Notes under the pieces: model-generated
Seen by the model: only the letters and a program-made list of their open reading frames with translations
What the model was told of the DNA's origin: nothing
The model's database searches: none
Assembly (NCBI GenBank): GCA_963827655.1
Contig: CAWHCF010000036.1
Location: forward strand, 232,827-296,826
Source: an uncultured Acidobacteriota bacterium
GTDB taxonomy: Bacteria > Acidobacteriota > UBA6911
Direction of reading: 5' to 3'
Length of the DNA: 64,000 bases
Shown: positions 1 to 10,051 of the stretch, in pieces
How positions within the stretch are numbered: position 1 is the first letter of the stretch
Layout: each line of letters opens with the position of its first letter
Translations under genes and position numbers: made by a program

Positions 1-767
1 ATTCCGGGGTGGATGCTGATCGTTACCTTCTTGCCGGCGTTCAGGAGCTCGGGGAAGAAGAAGTCGAAATTAAGCTTCTTGAGAGGGTGAACGTCGCCGT
101 GGGTCACGATGACGGGACACCGGATCTTGGCGAGCTTCTCCCGCGTGAGTTGCCGGTGCCGATCCGTAAAATACTTGGCGGGGTCGGCCATGATCGGCTT
201 GGCGCTCCCCTCTTCATCCGGCCCACTTTTCGTCATCATCCCGGTGAAAAGAACCGTGGCCGGCTCCCACGCGGCGACCGCGGCAAGATCGGTTTCTCCC
301 GCCAACTCGAGGACGAGACTGCCGCCACCGCTTCCTCCCCAGGCGACGATGCTCTTCGGGTCGACCTGAGGCAGCTTCTTGACCTCCTCGACCACCGCGA
401 GAAAATCCCACAGCGCGCCGGGCGCCTGAGGGTCTTCTCTGCGGTCGCGCCATGTGGTGAGAACCGTGATGTACCCCGCAGCCAGGAAATAAGCGGGATA
501 GGGTTGTTCGGTCGCTCCCTTCTTCAGTTGTTCGGCGGACCACTCACTAAGCCCGCCATGGGACAGAACGACCGCCGGCAGCTTCCCCCGGGAGGTCGGG
601 TAGCGCACGACGGCCCGCGTCACGTGTCCGTCGCGGGCCGTGGCGGTGATCACCTTCATCGGAGAAACCTGCTCGGACACGTGAGGCCGCTTGTCGACCG
701 CTCGGGCCTGAGAGGCCACTGAACTTGCCAGCACGAGCATGGCCAGGAATGAGGCAATTCGTTTCAT
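1..767 (-). CDS. Secreted alpha/beta hydrolase (dienelactone hydrolase/peptidase S9-like), runs off left edge
   Basis: Manual translation from ATG at 767 (missing from the ORF track because there is no stop in the window): signal peptide MKRIASFLAMLVLASSVASQA, PAVVLSHGG, nucleophile elbow WGGSGGG, CPVIVTHGD. Confidence 0.8.
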   Translation of the reverse strand, partial: MKRIASFLAMLVLASSVASQARAVDKRPHVSEQVSPMKVITATARDGHVTRAVVRYPTSRGKLPAVVLSHGGLSEWSAEQLKKGATEQPYPAYFLAAGYITVLTTWRDRREDPQAPGALWDFLAVVEEVKKLPQVDPKSIVAWGGSGGGSLVLELAGETDLAAVAAWEPATVLFTGMMTKSGPDEEGSAKPIMADPAKYFTDRHRQLTREKLAKIRCPVIVTHGDVHPLKKLNFDFFFPELLNAGKKVTISIHPG

Positions 768-780
768 AAGATTCTTCCTT

Positions 781-3700
781 TCAGAACAGGAATCGCAGCC
801 CAAACTGAATCACTCGCGGGGCGGCCGTCGTCGAGCTGATGACGCCGAAGGTCGCCGGCGTGGCGATGGCGGTTCCCGGAAGTCCGAAATTGGTCTGGTT
901 CAGCGCGTTGAAGAATTCCGTTCGGAATTCGAGGAACCGTTCTTCGCCCAGGGCTACCCGTTTGGAAACGCCGAGATCCAGGTTACTCTGCCCTGGCCCT
1001 CTCAGAATGTTCGACCCCGTGTTGCCAAAAATCGTGCCGGCCTGCGAGACCGGGAAACCGTCGGGAGTCGTCTGGCCTGCCGCAACGGTGGGAGCTCGCA
1101 CGAATGCCGCAGGATTGAAATACTGGTTCAGACGGGATTGCGTGGAACCTGATAAGGTCGCGGTTTCGGCCGTGGCGCCCGCAGCGAAGCTCGCCCTCCC
1201 GCCGGCATTTCCGTACAGAGTGCCTGCAGTGCTGTCCCCGATGCCATAGGGTGGGCCCGATTGCACCGCCCACACGCCGGAGAGCTGCCAGCCTCCAAAG
1301 ACTTTCTGAAGCGCGGAAGTGCTCCCACGATAGAAGGGAAGCTCGTACAGGAAGCTGGTCACAAAGCGGTGGGTGCGATCGAAGCCGACCAGCCCGTAGC
1401 CGGTTCCCCGGACATTGTGCTGGTCCTGGGCGAGATTGCCGAAGCTGCCGGCAAAGTCCCCGAACGCGTCTCCTCCGTCAACCGTGCCGAGACTCTTCGA
1501 ATAGGTGTAGGAGGCGAGCAGGCCCAATCCATGACTCATCCGTTTGGTGAGACTCGCCTGCAGCGAATTGTAGTTGGAAATCCCGGTGTTCTCGTTGCTC
1601 CAGGTGGTGTTGGCAAAGCCCAGCCATTGGGCCCTCATCACCGCGTTTGCGGGCGTGTTGGTCGTGATGCCGTTGATGGGATGCTCCGGACTCGCGAGAG
1701 CTGCCTGATTCTTGGTTATCGAAAGGTATAGCTTCGTGCCTCTGGAGCCGACGTATCCCATTTCCAGCAGGAGGTCGCTGGTAAACGCATACTGCACGTT
1801 CAGGCTGTAGGTCTGAAAATAGGGGGTTCGGCTCAAAGGGTCGAGGAATCCCCTGGATACGGTGGCTCCCGCGAAAGGGGGTCCGGGGATGATCGAGAGA
1901 GAGATGGGGGAATCCGGCGGCGGCACCGGCGGAAAAGGATTGTCCAGGGTGGAGGCCGCATTGTCGATACCACTGCGCAGGAGGGGAGCCTGAATCAGAC
2001 CACTCTCCAGAATCACGGGAAGGAAACTTTTCTTGTCGTAGTAGATTCCGTATCCGCCGCGAATGACCGTGTTTTTCCAGGACTGATAGGCGAAACCGAA
2101 ACGCGGGGCAAAGTTGTTCCGGTCTGACGAGTCGAGAAACGTCTTGTTGACGAGGGGGATACCCTCAAGGGGAAACGCCGTATTCTCCGGAAGCACCCAG
2201 CCGGCCGAACTGAATCCGCCCGGCGGAGGTACGCGATACAGGCGCGGATCGAAGTTGGCCCCATAACCGTGCGCATCCCACATGTCGCCCAGGAACTCCC
2301 AGCGCAGCCCCAGATTCAGGGTCAGCCGGGGATGGACCTTCCAGTCGTCAGCCAGGAAGAAGCTTTGATCCCAGGCACGTGTCGCCCGGTAGTTGAACCT
2401 CGCTGTGGCGGCGATGTTGATCTGGTTGATATTGCTGAAAGTAGTCCCGTTGCCGCCCTGATCGATAGGGCCTGCCCGGCGTCCCAGGAGAAAGTCGGCG
2501 AAAGACTGAATCCGCATGATCCCGACCTGCTGGCCACGGAAAGTATTGATATTGACCTGAAGCCTCTTGGTTTCGGCTCCTGCTCGAAGTTCATGCCTCC
2601 CCCGTCGGAAAGACAGGACATCACCAAAGGAAAAGGTGTTCGTGACTTGACGCGAATTATTGCCCTGAGTGCCAAAGGCGTACGCACCCGTAATAATGAT
2701 GGAGGGCATCGCAGGATACACGTCCTGATAGGGACGGTATATCCCCACGTCGGTGTCCCGGAGTGCTTCGCCGCTGTTGTTGATACGTCCGGTCCGGGTA
2801 TAGCCGAGCCGTGCCTCGTTGATGGTCCTGGCTCCGAAGAAATGGGTATCGCCCAGTGAAAGATTCTGGTTATCGAAGTCTATGTTGGTAGGGAAGCCCG
2901 GAAGGTTTATACCGTTATAAATTCCCTCTTCGCGGATCGAGTCGGCGAAAAAGTATTTGCCTGCCAGACGGTTGCGCTCGCTGACTTTATAATCGAGGTT
3001 GGCGTTGAACTGGTCCTCATGGAAAACAGCCGGTATAGAAACGGCATAGTTGACGCCCGGACCCTGGTGCTGCGGACTGGGAAGGAGAAACTCACCCCCG
3101 GGGAGCTTGTAATTCAGCAACCTGAGAGCGACCGGGTGAATGTTAGAGCCATCGGGAGCGATCGCCAGCCCACCCCGTATTCCCGTTTGACCACCGAAGA
3201 CAGCCCCCAGGCTCGCCGGGCTTCGGTCCTGCGGTACCGGCGGCAGTACGATCTGGCGGGTGGAGGACAGAGAGGAACCATTCAGCTGGCGAGTTCCCTC
3301 ATACGACGAGAAGAAGAACAGCCGATCCTTCAGGACCGGTCCGCCGACTGTCCCTCCAAACTGATTCTGGCGCAGGATGGGACGGGGCGCGTCAAGACTG
3401 TTGAAGAAGAACTGATTGGCGTTGAGAACTTCGTTCCGGAAGAACTCGTAGAGGCTCCCATGAAATGCCGAGGTTCCGGACCTGGTCACGATGGCCACGT
3501 TGGCGCCGGCATTTCTGCCATAGGACGCATCGTAGAGTCCAGTCTGAACCTTGAACTCGTGAATCGTTTCGACGGATGGCGTTGACACTCCCGCCTGAAT
3601 TCCAGGCCCGGAATTCGAGGCCGAATTCGTGTAGGGATTGTTGGCGTCGACGCCGTTGATGGTGTAACTGTTGCCCAGCTGGTAGACCCCGTTGGTAAAC

Positions 3701-4311
3701 ACGTTGCGCGTGCCTTTCCCCAGGGCCGAGCTGTCCGGCAGGGCCATCGTCGTTCCGGGAGAGAGGGCGCTCAACTGTGTGAAATTGCGCGTGACCAGGG
3801 GCAACTCGGTGATCTGGCGTGAGTCCACAACCCGCCCCATGGCTGGGCTGTTGGTCTGAAGGATGGACGCGTCCCCTGTGATCGTGACCACTTCGTCCCG
3901 TGTCGACACTTCCAGCGCGACGTCCACCACCGATGTCTCCGTGACTCGAACCGTCACGCCGTCCCGGATAACCGTCTTGAAGCCAGGCATGGAAACCTTG
4001 ATGCGATAGCTGCCCGGATTAAGCAACTGGAAGCCATAGAGTCCTTCAGTGCCCGTTATGGTCTCGCGCATCTCTCCGGTGTCGGTCTGGTTGATTTGAA
4101 CCGAGACGCCTGGAATGATTCCCCCGGATGCGTCCTTCACCGTTCCCGTTATGGCACCCGTGTTCGCAGTCTGCGCCATCAGACTGCTGCCCGGAATCAG
4201 CCACAATAGAACCAGCGCGCAGAACAATACCCTCAACGAACAAGCGTCCAGGCGTTCGGCCTTGAGCCGCACCCATCCGCTTCCACCTATCGGTTCCCTC
4301 TTGATCTTCAT
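781..4311 (-). CDS. TonB-dependent receptor-like outer-membrane protein with N-terminal carboxypeptidase-regulatory-like domain
   Basis: GAITGTVKDASGGIIPGV N-domain, LPLVTRNF, YGRNAGA, FHGSLYEFFRN, RQNQFGGTVGGP, C-terminal PRVIQFGLRFLF. Start uncertain (ORF open to 4356). Confidence 0.9.
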   Translation of the reverse strand: MKIKREPIGGSGWVRLKAERLDACSLRVLFCALVLLWLIPGSSLMAQTANTGAITGTVKDASGGIIPGVSVQINQTDTGEMRETITGTEGLYGFQLLNPGSYRIKVSMPGFKTVIRDGVTVRVTETSVVDVALEVSTRDEVVTITGDASILQTNSPAMGRVVDSRQITELPLVTRNFTQLSALSPGTTMALPDSSALGKGTRNVFTNGVYQLGNSYTINGVDANNPYTNSASNSGPGIQAGVSTPSVETIHEFKVQTGLYDASYGRNAGANVAIVTRSGTSAFHGSLYEFFRNEVLNANQFFFNSLDAPRPILRQNQFGGTVGGPVLKDRLFFFSSYEGTRQLNGSSLSSTRQIVLPPVPQDRSPASLGAVFGGQTGIRGGLAIAPDGSNIHPVALRLLNYKLPGGEFLLPSPQHQGPGVNYAVSIPAVFHEDQFNANLDYKVSERNRLAGKYFFADSIREEGIYNGINLPGFPTNIDFDNQNLSLGDTHFFGARTINEARLGYTRTGRINNSGEALRDTDVGIYRPYQDVYPAMPSIIITGAYAFGTQGNNSRQVTNTFSFGDVLSFRRGRHELRAGAETKRLQVNINTFRGQQVGIMRIQSFADFLLGRRAGPIDQGGNGTTFSNINQINIAATARFNYRATRAWDQSFFLADDWKVHPRLTLNLGLRWEFLGDMWDAHGYGANFDPRLYRVPPPGGFSSAGWVLPENTAFPLEGIPLVNKTFLDSSDRNNFAPRFGFAYQSWKNTVIRGGYGIYYDKKSFLPVILESGLIQAPLLRSGIDNAASTLDNPFPPVPPPDSPISLSIIPGPPFAGATVSRGFLDPLSRTPYFQTYSLNVQYAFTSDLLLEMGYVGSRGTKLYLSITKNQAALASPEHPINGITTNTPANAVMRAQWLGFANTTWSNENTGISNYNSLQASLTKRMSHGLGLLASYTYSKSLGTVDGGDAFGDFAGSFGNLAQDQHNVRGTGYGLVGFDRTHRFVTSFLYELPFYRGSTSALQKVFGGWQLSGVWAVQSGPPYGIGDSTAGTLYGNAGGRASFAAGATAETATLSGSTQSRLNQYFNPAAFVRAPTVAAGQTTPDGFPVSQAGTIFGNTGSNILRGPGQSNLDLGVSKRVALGEERFLEFRTEFFNALNQTNFGLPGTAIATPATFGVISSTTAAPRVIQFGLRFLF

Positions 4312-4512
4312 TAAAACGAGACTCCCATGTTGCGGCGGCGAGCCAGGACGCTCCAAGCCGATTTGAAATCTGCCCTTCTCTGCTCAGGTTCTGCAGCGCG
4401 TATGATCGGGACGAGACAGGTGCCCGGAGATGATTCACGATAGCCAGCATCCGTGGCTCGGTCCGGTTTATCCCGATCGTGTCAAATCGCCAGCCGCAGT
4501 AGCAGGTGAATT

Positions 4513-4611
4513 GAATTGTTCGAAGATAATCTTAGTCCCCAAGAACAAAACGTCAACAGAAATTGTCCACAAGTGGTGTTGAATTGTTCTCAAATCAGGT
4601 TAGAATTGTCC
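4513..4611. promoter_or_regulatory. Repeated AATTGTYC motifs and TTGT-CC-ACAA palindrome upstream of the TonB receptor
   Basis: AATTGT(T/C)C at 4514, 4561, 4582 and 4604; TTGTCCACAA at 4563-4572 resembles GntR/FadR-type operators. Confidence 0.45.
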
Positions 4612-5031
4612 CCAATTCTCGGTAGCCGGCTCTTCCCATCTCGCGCTCTTTGTTCCTGCTCGAACCGGGATCGACGCCGAGATAAGAAAAGGGGATGGCC
4701 GGACCGGCGTGGCCGGACTCTATGGCCTGGGGAGGCGCATGCGGAGAGAATGCGAGTCCGAATCAGGAATCTGTCTCGATGTGCCGCACCTTCGGCGGGC
4801 GTAATTTCTAAGACCGTGCAACTCTTTTCCCGGCCTTGCGGCGCGGGCCTATCACTGCCGAGCACCTGTGCGCCTGAGGGACATTGGTTACTTCGCCGGT
4901 CGCGGCAGCAAGCTGCCGAGGCACAAGTGCGCAAGCAGTAGCTTGCGCACTTCAAAATTGACTCAAGGTCGTTCACCGCCGTACATGTCTGATATCGGGA
5001 ATTCTAACCCGATGACTTGGGAGCAAGACTC

Positions 5032-5415
5032 ATGAAACAAGCGACACGGTCGGCGGTTGCGTCTTACGCTCGCGACGCGCGTTTTGAACCTGACGACACC
5101 ATACGCACCTGGCTGCGGTTCCGCGATCTCGGTGTGGCCCAGGCGACCGAAGGCAAGTTCCACGCCTACGTCACCCGCGCCGCCGAGTTGGGGAAATCCA
5201 CCGGCTGGCATTACCACAAGTTTGATTTCCAGTTGATCTTTTGTCTGAAGGGCTGGGTGAAGATGCAGTACGAGGGGGGTCAGGAAGTCACACTGGGTCC
5301 CGGCGATTCCGTGTACCAGCCGCCCGGAGTTGTCCATAACCTGGTCGACTACTCGGAAGACATGGAGATCCTCGAGATCGAATCTCCTCACGGGATCGTC
5401 ACTGTCGATGTCTGA
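5032..5415 (+). CDS. Cupin-domain protein
   Basis: GWHYHKFDFQLIFCLKGW and PGDSVYQPPGVVHN cupin motifs. Confidence 0.85.
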   Translation: MKQATRSAVASYARDARFEPDDTIRTWLRFRDLGVAQATEGKFHAYVTRAAELGKSTGWHYHKFDFQLIFCLKGWVKMQYEGGQEVTLGPGDSVYQPPGVVHNLVDYSEDMEILEIESPHGIVTVDV

Positions 5416-5424
5416 CCCGCGACG

Positions 5425-6927
5425 ATGATCCCCCTCTCGACAGTGGACTGGCTGATCTGCCTGGGCTACCTGGCCGCGGTGATCGTGGTGGGGTTCTGGT
5501 GTGCTCGCAGATCCACTACCGAAGAAGATTACTTCGTAGGATCGCGCAGAATGAGCTGGTGGCTCATCGGAGTTTCGCTGTTTGCTACCGGCTTCAGCTC
5601 ACTCTCTTTCGTGGGGCTGCCGCGCGAGGCCGCCTACGCGGACTACCACCTCTTCCTCGCGATTCTGCTCATTCCTGTCTGGGTGGCTCCCGTCGTCGGC
5701 CGGGTTTTCATTCCCATCTACCACAGGCTGCGGTTGACCAGCGCCTATGAGTACCTCGAGCGCCGCTTCAACCGGCAAACGCGGCTGGCGGGAAGCGGTC
5801 TCTACACGGTCTACTGCCTGGGCTGGTTGGGCTCGATGCTGTACGCCGTCGGTCTGGTTGTGGCAGTGGCCCTCGGTCTTGCGGATGACCAGATCATCCG
5901 GATAGTGGTCGTAGTCGGTCTCTTAACCACCATCTACACGGTGGTGGGAGGATTCACAGGAGTGATCTGGAACGACCTGCTGCAGGCTGTCACGCTGGCG
6001 GTGGGGATTGCAATCGTGCTGACCACCGCAGTTGGCCAGATCGATCGCGGCTGGATCGGAGTATGGGAACTGGCGCAGCTCCATGACAAGCTGCAGATGT
6101 TCGACTTGCATCTCGATCTCCCCTCTGGCGGAACCTTCTTTTCGGCGGCGGCTCTCGGGTTGTTCACCTTCCTGGGAATCTTCGCGGTCGAGCAGGTCAT
6201 GGTCCAGCAGTACGTCGCAATGCCGGATGTTGCGAGCGCGCGCCGCGCCTTGTGGCTCACCGCGCTCATCGTAGTCTGCGTCGATCTTATGTTCTTCGTG
6301 GTAGGAACCACGGTTTTTGCTTACTACCACCAGTCCCTGCCGGCGAACGCCCCGGCGGGAAGCGGTTTCCCTCCTCTTGCGCGGCAGGACCAGCTGCTCC
6401 CACTCTTCATCAAAACCGAAGTTGGGTTTCCCGGGCTGACGGGTGCCTTCCTGGCCGGCCTGTTCGCAGCGGCAATGAGCAGCCTTGCCGGAGGTTTGAA
6501 CTGCCTGACGGCGCTTCTCGTCTGCGACTGGCTCCCGGGACGGAAGCTCCGCGCCGGCGCGACACGCCTGATCTCAGCCCTGTTCGGGCTCGCGGTTACG
6601 GGCGCGTCGCTCCTGGTCCCGCACATTGGAAAGAATGTCTACGAGATCATTGTCAAGATCATGGGCACACTGAGTGGCCCGCTGCTCGGAGTCTTTCTGC
6701 TCGGCATCCTCACTCGCCGCGCGAACTCAGCCGGCGCCCTCGCCGGGCTGGCCGGAGGACTTGCGTTCAGCGTCTGGCTTATCTTCCAATCGGTCGTGTC
6801 CTACTGGTGGTTCAGTGCCATCACCACCTTTGCCACGATCACGATCGGCCTGGTCGTGAGCCAGTTCTTGCCGCCTCGTCCGGCACATGAACTCGAGGGA
6901 CTCGTCCTGCGTCGGTCCCTTGAGTAG
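5425..6927 (+). CDS. Sodium:solute symporter (SSS family)
   Basis: EDYFVGSRRM, SAYEYLERRF, GGFTGVIWNDLLQ, AGLFAAAMSS; multiple TM helices. Confidence 0.92.
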   Translation: MIPLSTVDWLICLGYLAAVIVVGFWCARRSTTEEDYFVGSRRMSWWLIGVSLFATGFSSLSFVGLPREAAYADYHLFLAILLIPVWVAPVVGRVFIPIYHRLRLTSAYEYLERRFNRQTRLAGSGLYTVYCLGWLGSMLYAVGLVVAVALGLADDQIIRIVVVVGLLTTIYTVVGGFTGVIWNDLLQAVTLAVGIAIVLTTAVGQIDRGWIGVWELAQLHDKLQMFDLHLDLPSGGTFFSAAALGLFTFLGIFAVEQVMVQQYVAMPDVASARRALWLTALIVVCVDLMFFVVGTTVFAYYHQSLPANAPAGSGFPPLARQDQLLPLFIKTEVGFPGLTGAFLAGLFAAAMSSLAGGLNCLTALLVCDWLPGRKLRAGATRLISALFGLAVTGASLLVPHIGKNVYEIIVKIMGTLSGPLLGVFLLGILTRRANSAGALAGLAGGLAFSVWLIFQSVVSYWWFSAITTFATITIGLVVSQFLPPRPAHELEGLVLRRSLE

Positions 6928-6960
6928 AGCGGCTTGGTCTGTGGCGCGGGCCATAATGAG

Positions 6961-7925
6961 GCCGTCGCAAAACGTAGATTCCCCTGGTAGTCATGGCTCA
7001 GACCTTCTTCCGAGCACCCTGATAGGGGTAGGGAGGATCGATTGAGTTCGATCCCCCCTCCCTCCGAACCGGACGTGCGGATCTCCCGCATCCGGCTCTC
7101 CAGTCGGTGGTTCACCTCGAAGAGGGTTGACGTGCCATTCAGAGGCGTTGGTCAGGATCCCACACCTGCGAATGTAACTGAAAACTTTCGCGATTGGTTT
7201 CCAGTTGCCCGGATGACCAAGGCTGTCAACATGCATCTCACGTGCGCTGCCAGTTCCGGCCACGGGTTTCAACCCGTCGCTCTCTCCGACTCGCATAGCC
7301 CTTGGGCACTAGCGTCGGTTTGTCTTCTGTCAGTCACGCATCCATGCATCCACCTCCCTGCGCTCCTTTGCTCCAGGCCCATTACGGCCCTTCCCCGCTC
7401 TTATGAGCGCTCTGACTCCTGCCCGCCCGGCTCTTCGGCTCTTCCGAGCATGAACTCCGGCTCCTGCTACGAGCAGGTCTCCCTGATTCACGCACTTGAT
7501 CTTCCGATCCCTCCGTCTCCAACCACCAGTCAGTCCCCCAACGTCGCTTTCGCACGCTACCCCTCAGCTCGTCGAGTCTCCCGCTTTTGCGGGTCTAGGT
7601 TTTGCCTTACGCCAGCAGGCTCGCCGATACAGACCGGCCGAATCGAGTTCGTTATCCTACGGATGGATCGTTCACCTCCTGCTGCTCCCCACCCCGCCTC
7701 ACGGCGACGCAGTTGCATTCGGTTTCAGGCCGGAGAGCGTATGCCTGGAGAGGACTTTCACCTCTCTGATCATGTGCGCTTTAAGGCGCACTGGCGACGG
7801 GCCAGTGGCCCGTCGCAATTAACGTAATCGGTATACCTTAACCTTAAAAAGTTCGGTTGTGCCCCTCGGGGGCCGGACGGGCTTGATAGCCCGTCCGCAC
7901 ATGTATCGGTGGTTTTTGCGACGGC
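6961..7925. mobile_element. Putative MITE-like element (12-bp inverted termini) hosting the intron
   Basis: GCCGTCGCAAAA at 6961-6972 and TTTTGCGACGGC at 7914-7925; about 195 bp remain once the intron is removed, with internal hairpins. Confidence 0.4.
7022..7791 (-). ncRNA. Group II intron, ORF-less (intron-encoded RT deleted), 770 nt
   Basis: 5' GTGCG at 7791; domain V GAGCCGGATGCGGGAGATCCGCACGTCCGGTTC (7098-7066) with AGC triad; domain VI ending ACCCCTAT at 7022; candidate EBS1 TGGCG (7614-7610) complementary to the 5' exon end CGCCA. Confidence 0.92.
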
Positions 7926-7978
7926 TCGGCGAAGCAAGCTTGCGCACCCCAAAGAGCCTGTCGCCAATACGATCGCAT

Positions 7979-9751
7979 TCAGCGATTCGGCATCACCGGT
8001 AGGGCCACATGGGACGGGCGCGCGCGATCGTGGAAGACGGTCTGGCGCGCGGACCTCCACTCGGTATCGGTAGGAATAGGGTTCCCGGTATTCTGGTTCG
8101 GCGCTATGAAGGGATATGCGCTGCTCGAAATTTCGATTCGCACCCTATGCCCGGGCAGGAAGGCATGCGCGAAATCGAACAACTCGATCCGGAACTTCTC
8201 GGGTTTCCCGGGCGTGAGAAGCTCCGGGCGCTCGAGCCCGTTTCGATAACGCGCCCGGATGACGCCCGTTGGTAGCGTACCGAGTTTCACCGCGCGCCCG
8301 TCGGGATAGACATCCAGTATCTTGGCGGTGAAGTCGGTATCCCGGGCGTCACTGGCCGCAAACAGCTCGACGTGGCTGCGACCAATCACCTCCAGCCGGT
8401 CAGCCAGTGGATCGCTGGTGTAGACGAGTACGTCGTCGCGGCGCTCGATCGGTCGGTGGTCGAGAGGTAAGTCCTCGCCATTGAGCTTCGAAGGCACAGG
8501 ATTTCGAGGGTCGAAAGTAAAGCCATCGGGAGGCTCGTCGGCCGCGCTGTCCCAACTGAGTCGCCCATCCCCGGTGGCAGAGTTTGCTCGGCCGCCGCTG
8601 TGCAGGTAGAGGGGCCGGAACCGGGCATCGGCCGGCGGGTACTGATCGAAGCTGCGCCACTGGTTCAGTCCGGTAACGTAGACGCGGGCCCGCGGGAAGT
8701 CGAACTTCGGGGTCACTCTCTTCAGGTAATGGTCGAAAAAGGCGAGGTGAAGCGCTTTGTTGTCGACCACCGAATCGGAAGAGAAGTCCATGTCTCCGAG
8801 CTTGATCTTTCCGCCCAGAAAGGTGTCGTTGTGAGTCCACGGTCCGGCAAGCAGGTACTGCTGTTCGCGGGACGGAGAGTGTGCCGTCATGCCGCGCCAC
8901 CGGTGCATCGCCGTGGGCTGGTCACCGTCGAACCAGCCGGTGACGTGGAGGGCAGGAATGTCGAGGCTGCGGTAGACTTCGGGATCGAAGTGCAGCTTCT
9001 TCCAGTGTGGATCCCAGTCGGGGTGCTCCATGAAGGCCCGATAAAAAGGAATCCGGCGGCCAAATGCCTCGTCCATCGTCAGGAGCGGCCGGTGCTGGAA
9101 AACCTGGTCCCAGTCTGTGCCGGTGACATTGTCCCCCTGGTAGATCCGTCCCGAGACGAGGTTCAGCCACGGGATCGCCCACCCCATGACGACCGCTCCT
9201 CCGAGGTAATTGAAGATGCCGTCGAGAGCACCGGAGGCGGTGGGGGCGATACAGACCAGGTGAGGCGGACGCGCCCGAGCCGCCAGCCACTGCACTTCCC
9301 CCAGATAGGAAAACCCCAGCATCCCGACACGGCCGTTACACCACGGCTGCGTTGCCATCCATTCCACAGTGTCATAGCCGTCGTCGGCGTCCGTGAGATA
9401 GAAGTTGTACTCTCCTTCCGAATCTCCGCGTCCGCGCACGTCCTGGACGACCAGGACGTAACCACGGCTCGCAAAGAATGCCCCGTGTTCAGGGAATTTG
9501 AACAGCCCCCTGGTCTTGAGATAGGGCGTCCGGATAAGGAGCGCAGGGTAGCGCCCGGAATCCGGCGGGAACCATACGTCGGCCGAAAGGCGTACCCCAT
9601 CGCGCATCGGGATGCGCATGTCAAACTGCCTCCGGACCTTGGGGGACTCCTTTGATTGTCCCCAGACACCCAGATTCGCCGCGAGCGTCAGCAACGCGAC
9701 GGCAAAACCGGGAATCGACCACCGAACCGAACCTGACAGAGTCAAGGCCAT
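7979..9751 (-). CDS. CocE/NonD family hydrolase (peptidase S15-like)
   Basis: IPMRDGVRLSAD, IRTPY, QDVRGRGDSEG, GFSYLG nucleophile, GWFD, GPWTH, C-terminal PepX-like domain. Confidence 0.93.
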   Translation of the reverse strand: MALTLSGSVRWSIPGFAVALLTLAANLGVWGQSKESPKVRRQFDMRIPMRDGVRLSADVWFPPDSGRYPALLIRTPYLKTRGLFKFPEHGAFFASRGYVLVVQDVRGRGDSEGEYNFYLTDADDGYDTVEWMATQPWCNGRVGMLGFSYLGEVQWLAARARPPHLVCIAPTASGALDGIFNYLGGAVVMGWAIPWLNLVSGRIYQGDNVTGTDWDQVFQHRPLLTMDEAFGRRIPFYRAFMEHPDWDPHWKKLHFDPEVYRSLDIPALHVTGWFDGDQPTAMHRWRGMTAHSPSREQQYLLAGPWTHNDTFLGGKIKLGDMDFSSDSVVDNKALHLAFFDHYLKRVTPKFDFPRARVYVTGLNQWRSFDQYPPADARFRPLYLHSGGRANSATGDGRLSWDSAADEPPDGFTFDPRNPVPSKLNGEDLPLDHRPIERRDDVLVYTSDPLADRLEVIGRSHVELFAASDARDTDFTAKILDVYPDGRAVKLGTLPTGVIRARYRNGLERPELLTPGKPEKFRIELFDFAHAFLPGHRVRIEISSSAYPFIAPNQNTGNPIPTDTEWRSARQTVFHDRARPSHVALPVMPNR

Positions 9752-10051
9752 GCCTCTCGATAAACGCGCCGCACGTCAGCGCTCACTCTTCCTGGCCCAG
9801 CGAGAGCCGGTGCGTCGCACGTGTGATCCGCGTTGCTCTGCGCAGCTGCATTCTTTCAGGTACGCGGATGAACGCGTAAACCGCGGCTCGATATCAGCCG
9901 CTGAAACTCTTACCAGATCCCGAGGTGAAAGGCCACGACGTTGACATTACCGCATCCTTCTCCTACGATGCCCCGCGCCGGCGACTCTCTCAGTAATACA
10001 GGCGAGATCTTACAGTGATCGGGCCGGCAGTCGTCCAAGGCGGAGCTTGAT

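Noticed and set aside
9-722. Long plus-strand ORF and many similar antisense ORFs (e.g. 8600..9655, 36709..37878, 59739..61178)
   Set aside because: Antisense shadows of real genes in high-GC DNA, with no recognisable motifs.
7022-7791. Classification as group IIC, or as part of a DGR/retron
   Set aside because: Domain V has an AGC triad and standard length; there is no reverse transcriptase or TR/VR pair in the window.
7042-7827. 261-aa plus-strand ORF (and 6991..7296 on the minus strand) over the intron
   Set aside because: Shadow translations of structured intron RNA; no RT (YADD) motifs.
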